From Paraspadella gotoi (lineage: Eukaryota > Animalia > Chaetognatha), in NCBI GenBank assembly GCA_051294375.1, contig CM119269.1:2343958-2407957 (forward strand): a stretch of 64,000 nt of DNA, written 5' to 3'. Position 1 is the stretch's first letter. Each line of letters starts with the position of its first letter. The position numbers were made by a program, and so were the translations under genes. Positions 51,977 through 64,000 of the stretch are shown in pieces. The notes beneath the pieces were generated by a model. The model had not been told where the DNA came from. It made no database searches and saw only the letters and a list, made by a program, of their open reading frames with translations.

Positions 51977-52539
51977 NNNNNNNNNNNNNNNNNNNNNNNN
52001 NNNNNNNNNNNNNNNNNNNNNNNNNNNNNNNNNNNNNNNNNNNNNNNNNNNNNNNNNNNNNNNNNNNNNNNNNNNNNNNNNNNNNNNNNNNNNNNNNNNN
52101 NNNNNNNNNNNNNNNNNNNNNNNNNNNNNNNNNNNNNNNNNNNNNNNNNNNNNNNNNNNNNNNNNNNNNNNNNNNNNNNNNNNNNNNNNNNNNNNNNNNN
52201 NNNNNNNNNNNNNNNNNNNNNNNNNNNNNNNNNNNNNNNNNNNNNNNNNNNNNNNNNNNNNNNNNNNNNNNNNNNNNNNNNNNNAAAAAAAAAAATTCCG
52301 TGAGGCTTTGACTTATTCGCTCGACGGGAGACTGTGAGAACGAGCGTGAAAGTAGGGTGAAAGGCAGAGGAAATTAGAAGACTTGTGAGAGAATTAAGGA
52401 GGCTTAAAAAAAATACTGTGAAAGCTAAAGAAGAGAATAAAAGTAAGATTAAAAAGCTGGAAAAGAATAAGAAATTTAATGTAACGAAACAAAAAGGGAT
52501 TAAGAAAATGACGGAAAGGGCGAGAGTCAAATTGAAAAA

Positions 52540-52601
<62 letters not shown>

Positions 52602-53417
52602 CCTACGAAGCAAGTCAACAGTGAGCGGTGAGCCGACGAACAGTCGTCGGTGACAAACGATCGCAGAATTGGAATTTCAGGGTAAACTCTCACGTAGTCG
52701 CTTTCAACTTCAAACCCTTTCGTCGTTTTTCTTGATTTTAATCGTCGTCGTCGTCGTCGTCGTCGTCGAAGGTGTTTTAAAACGGTAATTATCTTTCGAG
52801 AAGAAACATTTTGACATCGCCTTTCTCTCACCGGGAAAGCAGTTTAATTAAAACCGTCACCCACGAATCTTCGGATGGAAAATACTTTTTTTTTCTGAAA
52901 GGGACGCGCTTCCGACGAGTCGGAAGAAAAAGAACTTGTTTTAATAATATTTCTAAATATCGAAGCGACGTTAATGTAAAGTAATCGTGAATAAGTTATT
53001 GTTTTTTTTAAGTAAGTAAAGGATGATGCCGTGTCGCAGAAAAAAATCGCGAAAAAAGTCTTTGTTCCAGATTTACGATCTTTCTTTGGAAAAATTTTCG
53101 ATAGCAGGATAACCGATGACGTTTTCGAGTCAAAGAAACCTGCGAAAAAGCGACTAAAGAAATGAAAAGACTAAAGAAATGTTCGACACTGATGATCGAA
53201 AAATATTGATCCGTATCAAGTTTGCGGAATATCTTTTAGTCGTAGCTCTTATAATTTTTAAAACAATTAAGCTATTACCATTTTTTTATTGTTTTTTTCT
53301 TGTTTAATTTTTAATTCGATAATTTTTTTTATACATACACGATATATCATATTTTGCTCATTGTTTTCCTTTAATTCTCGAACTGTCAAGGAACAGACTT
53401 TAACGCCTCCTTCCCGC

Positions 53418-53474
<57 letters not shown>

Positions 53475-54072
53475 TTCCTCTTCACCAAAGTCTCTCCCTT
53501 CCCTCCTCTTTCTTAAATATGTTTCTGCAAAAACCAAAAATCGAAATTATGTTTCTGAAAATCCATTCCCGAAATATGTTTCTCTCGATTCCATTCCCAA
53601 ATATATTATTCACGATTCCAATTCAAAACAAGATGTTTTTTCTTCGTAACTTTGTCAACTTTTTTACAAAGAATTTCTTTTTTTTTTTCTAATATGATCA
53701 AACCGAAGAATAATTAAATACACAGAAGACGGTCTAGTTTAGAAAACTATTAGAATTAAAAAAAAGTACTCGTTTTGAAGGCAGACATTGAATGATCGAG
53801 TCAAGTTTTTAAAAAAATGAAATATGGTGTGAAATTCTATCGAAAATTGAGAAAATCGAGAAAATGAAGGATAATTTAAAAAAACAAAAGGCATAAAAAT
53901 TAAAAAAGAAAAGGTTGACATAAAATGCGAAATCTTGAAAGAAAAATTGGATAAAGATTTCATTGGGACGTTGAAAAGGGGAACCGAAGGCAGGGATTGC
54001 GTCGGAGGTGAAAAAAAAAGAGGAAATCTTTGTCACTTTGGTTTCAGACAATTTTGATGGAAGAAGAAGAAG

Positions 54073-54104
<32 letters not shown>

Positions 54105-54618
54105 AGGGAACGAATCCATCTTCGTCACTCGAGTTTCTCCATTAATCTGAGCCTCGAAATCGATCTCAAACACTTTTCTCCTTCTTCCTCTTTTTCTCAC
54201 TTTTACATTTTCTCGTCACCTCATCTCTCGTCTTTCTGAATTAGTTCCTTACCCTCCTCCCCCTCTCACTACGTCCTTACCTTGCCTCGAATAAATCTCT
54301 TCTCATCTTTCTGAATTAGTTCCTTACCCTCTTATCCCTACCTCCTTACCTTGCCTCAAATAAATCTCTTCTTGTCTTTCGTTTTCCCCGATTTCTTTTC
54401 CAATTTCCTTTTCGCTCCATCCATCCTTCACCCACCGCTCGCCCTTACCTTTTCTCATATCCTTATCCGCTTATCTCTCGACTTACCTTCGATCCGCCTC
54501 CTTCTCGACTTACCTCCCCTCATTCTGTTTCGTCTTGACGCAGATGAGTTTCACTATAAGATTCTGAAAAATTGAGTTTCCATCTTGGAATCGTCGCGCC
54601 TCACGTGCCGCCTTGCTA

Positions 54619-54736
<118 letters not shown>

Positions 54737-54985
54737 ATCATGGAGAGTGGGTCGTCGCCGGGGAGGCTTTCAAAAAAATCGTTCTCGGCCAGAAACTTGT
54801 CATCAATCGCGAAGCATTAATTTTAACGACGTCATTTATGGAATTCTCAAATTCGCAAATCTTTTGAGGGAGAATCTCATCTTTCCGTCACGAATTTTGA
54901 ATTAAAACAAATAATTAAACTGTTAGTTGTTCATTCATACTAGCAATTACTAACGATGAAAGTCCTTCGTAGAGAGTGAGAGGGA

Positions 54986-55036
<51 letters not shown>

Positions 55037-56441
55037 TTCAGACGATTTTCGAATTATCCTTGACGAGAAAATGAGGAGCGAAAATGCGTTGAGTCTCGAG
55101 TTTAATCTTTCACCACGAGGTCGCGCGCGAGAGAACCCATAAATTGAGCAGATGACGTCGCTGCGATGTCCCTCGCGTCCGTTGGAGAAGGCAACGCCAG
55201 CTGGTGGTCGTTTTTGTCGAATATAAGCGGCGGTCGATATCTCTTCTGTTCGTCTGTCTGATTGATAATCCAATGACCGTCTTAAAAATGCAATCCATTT
55301 GTACAATATTTTTTAAAATTTTTAATTAATTTTAATTTTTTTAATTACAAAAAACATTTTTTTTTAAATTTCAACTCACGAGCCAAAGTATTTAATAATG
55401 AACATTTCGTTTAAAAATTAAATGAAAAGAGGAGTCGTGTACTTGTACTATGCCAAATTTGTGTGAAAACGTTAAACGTACAACTTCATTAAAGAAAATT
55501 TTAATGACATCAAAAGTTAAAGTGTGAAACCTACAAACATACGAATTAAAATAAAAAAGAACAAATCTTTATCCCATAAATAAGAATAATTTAATTCGAT
55601 CCGAGGAAAAAGTTGAGTTTAGGATTTTAATTTAATCAGTGAAAAAGTCGCAGTCTTTGCTTTATATCCGGAGTCGACGGTAAATCTGTTGAGATTTATG
55701 TTTTGAACGCAGTTCACTGTACGCTAGAGAGAGAGAGAGAAGCACTGTGTGAGAGAGAGGATACGAGAGGGAGAGAGATGAGAGGACGGACGCGAGCGAG
55801 AGGGTGTCGTGAGTGGAATGAGAAGATGAGAGAAGGTCGAGAGATGAGAGGAGAGGAAGAGAGGAGAGGAAGAAGAACAAGGAAGAGGAGAACCGTTTAT
55901 ATCCATTTATGGGACAGAAGTTGGACGTCTCGACCCGGGGTGGGAGAGATAAAGAACCGGAGTGATTCGATGGCAGGAAGTGAGGGGGGGGAACGAGGAA
56001 GATGCGGTGGTCGTGAGGGCGGGAGCGAGAGAAGTATGGGGTAAGTTTTTTTGGGCTTTCTCTTTGCTCCTCTCTCTCTTTCTCTCTCTCTCTTCTCTCG
56101 TCTCTCTCTTCTCTCTTCTCTTCTCTCCTCTCCATCAGTCTCTTCGCTCTTTTCATTGATGTAGAGATGAGTGAACGGACTTAACGTCATTATCATTCTC
56201 ATCCACTTATCATAAGACGTTTATTGCCGAGGCACATTCGTTCGGTCATCTCATCATTTTTCGTCATTCGTTTCAGACATCACGTTGTTTCGATCATTCG
56301 TTCATCGTCCGCAAATATAAAAGATTTGGTCTTGGAATTTTGAACGACGAAATTGATCATATGTGTCTGCGACGTGTATAGCAGAGAGAGGCAGAAGAGA
56401 GATAAGAAATGAGAAGAGAGGAAGAGATAGAGAGAGAGAGC

Positions 56442-56482
<41 letters not shown>

Positions 56483-56963
56483 CGGAGAGAGAGAGCAGAG
56501 AGAGAGGACAAGAGGAGGAAAAAGGAGAAAGGAAAGAAAGAAGAGAGCGGAGAGAGAGAGTGATATGAGTTGTAGAGAGATCCATCGAATCGAGAAGGAA
56601 ATGAAAAAAAAATCATATATAATATTTAGAAAAGAATGGGTTTAATAATTCGAGCGATTCATGACAGATTTTCAATATTGAGGATTTTAGACTTCAGTCT
56701 TTCAATCAAGGCTAAATAATAAATATATTTTGAATTGGGATTATAAAAAGAAATTTTAAAAAGTGAAAGTATAAAAATTTTTTATTAAAAACGACTTTCA
56801 AAACCAAATTTTTAGCTGGAAATGTATTATTTGATTGTATATTCATATTTTTTTCTCTTCGCGAAATAAATGGTTTTTTTACTTCATTTCTCGCCCTTCG
56901 GTCCTCGATGCTTCCGATCCCAGTCTTCCATCATTTTAGTGGTTTCTTTTCTTTTCTTTTATT

Positions 56964-57051
<88 letters not shown>

Positions 57052-58614
57052 TTTTTCTTTCTTTCTTTCTTTTTTTCTCTTCTTCTTTTTTTCTTTGCAT
57101 ATTTTTTTTAAGTAAAACAATTTTTTTTAAGACATTTTTTTTACATTTCTTCCATTGTTCCTTTTCTTTTTCACTTTTCCCATTTTCTCCTTCCTTCCCT
57201 CTTTCCTTTCTTCTCTCCTTCACTCGTCATTCAGTTTTCCTCCAGAACCCATCGCCCGATTCTTTCTCACATGAAATATAAATTGGACGAGATGGAATTG
57301 AGTCCATTGGAAGGAATAAAACTGAAATACGTCGAACGACGTCGAAGGGAAAAACTCATGAATTCAAAGTTCGCTTTTCATCTGGAATGAATGAGATCGA
57401 AAATTTAAGGGTGGAGAAAATGAAAAAAAAAAAGTATTTCGACCTTCGATCGGGTTTTTTTTTATTTAGGTGACACCCAAAGACCCGTTTAAAACTCCTA
57501 AACACTCCTAAACCTAAGGGTGCAACTAATTTTTATTCGTTAATTCTGAAAGATAAAAGAGGCAAATGATTAAAACTTTCTTAAAGTTTCTCATTGATCA
57601 AAACTTGATTTTTGCCTCTTTGGAGAATTATAAGCAGTGAACAACTGGACTAATTTTTTAAAGAGCTTCATTTCATAGTTTTATTAAAAGTTTAAGAGGG
57701 ACTTTCTCTTCCTCCTTTTACTCTTGCTTCTTTTCCTTTCCTCTCCCACTTCCTCCTTTTTCTTTTTCCTACCTTTCCTTTTACTCATTTTCCTCTTCCT
57801 CTTATTCCACTTCCTCCTTTTCCTTTTCCTCCTTTTCCTCTTCTTCTTTTTTAACTTCCACCTTTTTTTTCCTCCTTTTACTCTTTGACCATTTCCTCCT
57901 CCTCCTTTTCCACTTCCTCCTTTTCCTCTTCTTCCTTTTTCCCTTCTACTCCCTCCTTTTCCTTTTCCTCCTCCCCTTTTTCCTCGTCTTTTTCCACTTC
58001 CTCCTTTACTTCTTACACCTTTTCCTCTTACACCTTTTCCTCTTCCTCCTTTTCCTTTTTCTCTTTTTCCTCTTTCTCCTTTTCCTCTTCTTCCTTTTCC
58101 TCTTCCTCCACCTTACCCAACTTCACTTTATCAATAAATTTTCCTCTTCAATTCATCTCCCTTTAATCTTTCTATCAGCCTCGATATCTCTTATCTTGTT
58201 TCTTCTATTTTCCTATTCCTCTTATTCCTCCCTCTTCCTTCTTTTTACATATTCTCCTCTTGCATCCTTTACTCCTTCTATCTCTTACGTTTTACTCCTT
58301 CCTAAAAATAGATACGCGCCGACAAAAGTAATTTTCCCCGGAATAGTTTTGCATTATTCGCCTCCAGCATTATCGTCAAGTTCCTTCTTTTCTTTGTACA
58401 TTGTACAATGTACATTACCTATATCCCCACTCCCCACTCCCCCTCTCTCCTTCACCGAGGATTTTTTCCCTCGTTTTATCCCTTCTCCACGTCTTCCTCC
58501 TCCTCCTCCTCCTCCTTCTCGTCCATGTTGTGTCTCGATTTCAAGTTTCGTCTTCGCCTCATTTCTTTCCTCTATCTCCTCGCGCCGTCTTATCCGATTC
58601 CTCTCTTCTCTCCT

Positions 58615-58669
<55 letters not shown>

Positions 58670-59349
58670 GTCTCTCTCTCTCTCTCTCTCTCTCCCTTCT
58701 TCCATTTTACTCTCCCTCTCATCTCCTTTTAATTTGGATTTTTTTAACTTTTCTTCAATCTCACGTATTTCATTTTGGAATAAAACCTGCGAAACTGATA
58801 AAAATGAACGCGAGCGCATAATTCGGAAAAAAAAAGTGAAAAATATGCAATTATGGTCTCTCCGTACTTAAAAAGTCTTAAGCCATAAAATTAACCGCTC
58901 GAATTGTGTTTCTCTGCAGTCGTGAACTTCGATGCCCGGTCGCAAAATGGTCTAAGTCTCGCAATAAGCTTATCGCTCAGCCTCATATGGTCATTGTTTG
59001 CCAAGTGAAGCTTTGTTTTCGAAAATTAATTATTTTTTAAAATTTGTTTTTTTTTAAAGGAACCTTTAAAATTTTCTTAAGCTGAGAAAAAAATGGCATC
59101 TTTTCGTTGATCTGGGTCCGAGGACTGTGAATTTTTTTTTATCAAAATACCTTTTTGAGTATCGTCTTAAAAATAAAAATTGGATATAAAAAATATCGTT
59201 TCATACATCATTACATACGCCGTAATTTTTTAAAATATAACTTTTTGCCTTTCGACCTTCAACGAATATCCTATTCTTGAAATTGACTTTTTTCATTTTC
59301 CAGGTCAAATCTTTTTCGACCTTTTTCGCTTTTTCGATTTAATTACGTG

Positions 59350-59446
59350 TTTATGAATGCGATATATTTTATGTTTATGAATACGATATATTTTATGTTT
59401 ATGAACGCGATATATTTTATGTTTATGAATGCGATATATTTTATGC
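59350..59446. repeat. 24-bp minisatellite (ttatgaatgcgatatattttatgt) x4
   Basis: Tandem units read directly. Confidence 0.9.
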
Positions 59447-60000
59447 TCGTTTCATGGAAAACAATTTTTTAAATATTGAAATTAACTCATTTTTTAATTT
59501 CAGTAATTATCCGTATAGTTTCTTAATACCGCGTTTTGAGAATTTAAGAAAGAAAGAAGAAGAAAAAAAAATATAAAAAAAATATAGAAAGAAAATAAAT
59601 TTCGAAACTCGCTGCCCGGTGTTGCTATTGTAAATATAAATTAACCTTCTTTCATTCACCTTCCTAAGCGACTTCACACCTTCACGCAGATCACAATCAC
59701 ACAATCTTTGTTCACTTCCCTCCGGAACTCTCTCACTCCTTTCAACTCCTAATTTCTCGATTGCCCCCCCGAGCGCCGCTCAACGTTGGAGATATTGAGC
59801 CGGACCATTTTCCTTTCCACTTCCGCGTCCAACTCATTTCTTTCGCCCCAATTCCTTCCAGCCCATCGAGTCCCCAGAAAGATTGAGCTCCCCTCTCCCT
59901 TAGTCCGCTTATCCCTGAGCCCCTCCTAAAAATATGGGTAGTCATAAATCCACCGCCTTCGCTTCTTTTCTGGGTAATCCTCGAAAATGAGACGGAGGGG

Positions 60001-60075
<75 letters not shown>

Positions 60076-60628
60076 CATCTGTCCACTTTTATGGCGCCGT
60101 TCCAAGATGTTTTCTCCTCATCGTTTTCGGTTTTTTTTTCTTTCTCGCGATCGCAATCTCGTTATTGTTTTGTGGTCGTCGTCGTCGACGTCGTCGTCGT
60201 CGTCGTCGCCTACGCCGATGTCTTAATCGTCGCTGTCTTCATCAGCGCCATATTTGTCACCATCGCGTCGTCAGCCGTCGTTCGTTGTCGTCGTCGTCGT
60301 CATCAGGGTCGACGTCCTCGTTTTCATCGTCGTCTTTGTTTTTTTTTTCTCTCGAAGGAAAAGACGAGAGGGAAAAAAAATGAGACCCGTCCTCATCAGC
60401 AAAGATTCACCACAACACTGTCTCAAACTTTGCGCCCTTTCGTCCTCCTCCTCCTCCTCCTCCTCATACTTTTTCTCCTCTTTCTCGTTAAATCTTCTCT
60501 CCAGTTAATATTTCCTTGTGTCATCTCACATTCCTTTTCATTATTTATTTATCATTGTATCACTGTATTAGCGGTTTAACCCCCCCTCCCACCACATTGC
60601 CTGATTTTCTAAAAAGACCTCCAGGTTA

Positions 60629-60758
<130 letters not shown>

Positions 60759-60787
60759 CCTGTTTTTTCCAACACAGAGAAAAGACA

Positions 60788-60872
60788 ATGAGCCTCGCTG
60801 TCAAGTTTTTCGTGATTCTCGCGGGCGCCGCCATTTTAGTTTTCGTCTCTTCGCTTTTAATTTTCGCCTCAA

Positions 60873-60914
<42 letters not shown>

Positions 60915-61313
60915 TGTCCTTCGATCGACGAATGGCGGCTCTGGACGCTCGATTCGGCGACGCGGCGCCGCCCTCTTGGATCTGCACCGGACGCGACGCC
61001 GAACGTCGACGCCGGTTTTGCGACTTTTTCCGAAAATGGCGAGAGTGGCGCCGAAAACGCCGGGTGGGCGTCGAAAGCGGGACGGCGTCTATTAAACGAT
61101 CGGCTCCGTTTTTGAAAAGAACGCCGAGAAGAGAGACGCCGGGATTGACGCCGACCCGCGCGGTGCCGACGCTGTCATCGGCGCCGCCAAACGAAGAAAA
61201 CGACTTTTACAGATATCTTTTGGCGATGAGCGAATTTTACGACAGCGAAGTCGACGACGANNNNNNNNNNGACGACGACGACGTAGACTCAGACGTAACT
61301 ACGAACTCCCAAG
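60788..61313 (+). CDS. Candidate first coding exon of a nested gene: signal peptide/anchor + Ser run + dibasic sites (prepropeptide-like, unidentified)
   Basis: (CT)n-ttttttccaacacag acceptor ending at 60777, ATG 10 nt later in acaATG context, hydrophobic MSLAVKFFVILAGAAILVFVSSLLIFA, GC-rich open frame, donor CAAG|gtgagt at 61313. A 10-N gap lies inside. Confidence 0.5.
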
Positions 61314-64000
61314 GTGAGTTTTTGTTGGGTCACTATCATTTATTTAGAAAGGCATAGTTGCCTTGAAAAATTCTTGTGACGCGCGGCATACAAACTATAT
61401 ACTATATAGTATATAATCTATTTGAGATTAAAGTATATAATCTTTAAAGAGTCTTTCGTAACTTCAAGGAAGAATTCTGTAATAGAACCGACAAAAAAAA
61501 AATAAACCCCACGCAAAAACCCTTGTCTCGTTATACGTTAACCTGCTTTGCTCATTCCCCGACGTCCGACGGAACATATTTTCGATAATAAACGTTGTTC
61601 ATCTTTTTTTTTTCCTTCGCGGGTTAAACGAAAGATGTCGCTAGCAGCAGCGAGCGGCCATTTTCGCCCGGAGATGTATCGAAGGCGGGAAGGGAAGAGA
61701 GATAGAAATAGGTTGAGACTGACAGGCGAGAAAATTGAGGAGAGAAGACGGAAATGATTGAGACGAGGGCAAAACGAAAGGTAGAGGGCGCGGCGGTTGC
61801 CATGGAAATTAAGGAGGGGGGGGGATAAAGGGGAAATATTAAGGAAGGACGCTTAGGTTTGGAAAGGGGATCGTTTTAAACTCGAAAGGTAAATAATATC
61901 ACTTTCTCGAGTCTCTGGAAAAGGAAATTATATTAAATACTATAACATTTGTTCGTAATAAATAAAAACTTTTTACAATGAGAAGAATGAAAAAAGTGGA
62001 GATAAAATCAATTATGAGAGTCGGGAAAGAGGTTTTTCGAGGAGCGATGCAGTCGCACGTCTAATTCGTTGAAGGATCCTCGACAATTTATCATCATGAC
62101 AAACAAATAAAATAAAAGAGAAAATAGAAAAGAAAAGAATAATAGTAAAAACGAGAAGAAATAAGAATGAGCAGACCCTAATGTAATGAGAAAAGAGAAA
62201 TTAAGGTAAGGTCTGCCTTTTCCGTCGGCTCTTTGATGAGAAAAGGTAAGTTAGTCGTCGAAAGCTTATTTGGTGAGGCGAGGAAAAATTGATTGAGAAC
62301 TCGGGTTTTACGGAAGGAAAACGAAAAAATCGGGTTTAACGAATTTTGGAGAGTTTGGACAAGAAAGGGAGTCACTGTGAGGATCGGTGAGGTAAAAAGT
62401 GAGGCTGGGTGAGGTGAAAGGTGAGACTACGGGTGTCAGAGGAGACACTGGGAGGGGGGGGCGAGATCATCCCCTCTGGGATAATGGAACAACGAGAGCC
62501 AGAAGCCGTTAAGGGCAGAAATAACAAGCGACTGTAATGGCCGCTATTCGGTGCCAACTCTATTTCTCTCTCTCTTTCTCCCTCCTCTTTCTCTCTTTTT
62601 GAGAGAAATAGTCTTATTGCCGCTTTCCTTCTTGCTCCCTCCTTCTCCTTTTTATAAACTCTCCTCTTCGCCACTTCCTTCTGTCTCTCGCTCTCTTTCG
62701 TCTCTCCTTCTTCCTTCTGCTCCTTTTTCCTCCTTTTTATCACAACTCTTTCTCTTCCTCCCTTTCTCACTTTTCCTTCTTCTTCTGCCTCTCCTTCTGC
62801 TCCTTCTCCTCTTTTCCTCTTCTCGCTACCAGTTACTTCCGTTGTTATAGTATACTTGTAGATGTGACCACAAAAGCGTCAACGGAAGTGGCGACTGTCC
62901 GTATCGCGTGGCGTCTGGCGTCTATGATTGTTTATTTTTTTTATTTTTTTTTTTTAATGTTTGTTTTTTACAAGCTCTTGCCTTCTCTCTTTTCCTTCTT
63001 CTTCTCCTCCCCTCTTCTCCCTCTCTCCCACCCACCCGCCCCCAAGTTCCCGAATATATATCGAGTCGTTAGGGGAGTCAAGTCACGAAGCTAACTCTTC
63101 TTCCCTCTTGATGTGACCGCTCCAGCAATTTGCATCGGCGCCCCATCATCGCTCCGACCCCAACCCGCTACCCTAATCCACGCCCTACTACCCTGGGCCG
63201 GCTCAGCCAGTCCCCCCCTTGTTCCTTCGACTCCCGAGGCCCTTGTGCCCTGGCCCCCACAAAACCGGCTTCAAGGAGTTTCGACCCTCTGCCCAATTTC
63301 ATGCGACGAACTTCCTCTCCTCAAAAATTTTTTTATCACACGAATGAAACGATGCTCTCCATTCATTTCGCATTCTTTCGTTCAATCTTGCTTAGCTTAT
63401 TTCTTTTTTCTCAAATTTGAAATTTCTCGTTATTGTCTGGGTGGTCTCCTCTCTCGTCTCTCCTCTCTTCTCTTCTCTCCCTCCTTCTCTTCTCTCTCTC
63501 TTTTAAATCTACTCGCTTCCTATCATTCCTTTTCCTCTCGCAATGACGAATATCTCAAAGCTATTCTTTAATCTCTCCTCTCTCTCTTCTCTCTCTCTTC
63601 TCTTCCTCTCGTCTCCCCTCTTTGCTCTCTCCTCTCCTCTCGATTGATTCAAAACGAAATGGCGTCAGCAACAATCAGAACAAAGACAAGGAGATAGACA
63701 AAAACCAAAATAAATAAGAAATTAGCATATTTGACTACTTTGCAGGAGATATAGTGGTGTATAATGTTAAAATAAAAAAAACAGACAAGAGAGCGCCCCT
63801 CCCTGCCTACCCGGCCGCCGCCCCTTTATTCGAGCGAATTCCCCTTTCTTTTTTTCTTCCACTTGTTCTTTTTCTTCTTCTTTCCACTCTCCTTTCTTCG
63901 TCATGCGCTTTTTCGATGCTAGTATCGATCCGTCGTCCATCGCAAAAATGACGAACGGAACAAATATTCTCAAAGTCGTCTTTTGACCACGTACTTCTTC

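Overview
Eukaryotic (invertebrate-like) AT-rich genomic DNA, dense in microsatellites, with four assembly gaps (7827-7836, 16474-16498, 51977-52284, 61261-61270). Six short exons with matching splice phases on the + strand (2399-33613) encode the PDZ domain, linker and start of the DH domain of a Still life/TIAM-like Rac GEF. The ORF track does not assemble this gene. The rest of the window appears to be intron of that gene. The 23.5-kb intron that splits the PDZ domain contains: a multi-kb inverted repeat enclosing a frameshifted, 3'-truncated, intronless EamA/SLC35G-like transporter CDS; a very degraded Penelope-like retroelement; two TTAA-flanked TIR elements; a tRNA-derived SINE; Helentron/DINE-like repeats; and inverted minisatellite arms. 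A complete, apparently young CsRn1-clade Ty3/Gypsy LTR retrotransposon (38422-44552) has a tRNA-Trp PBS, a 4-bp TSD and a -1 frameshift signal. A candidate nested exon encoding a secreted prepropeptide-like protein lies at 60778-61313. Most listed ORFs are read-through of simple repeats. I found no prokaryote-type system, and some of the most unusual structure may be assembly or long-read artefact.
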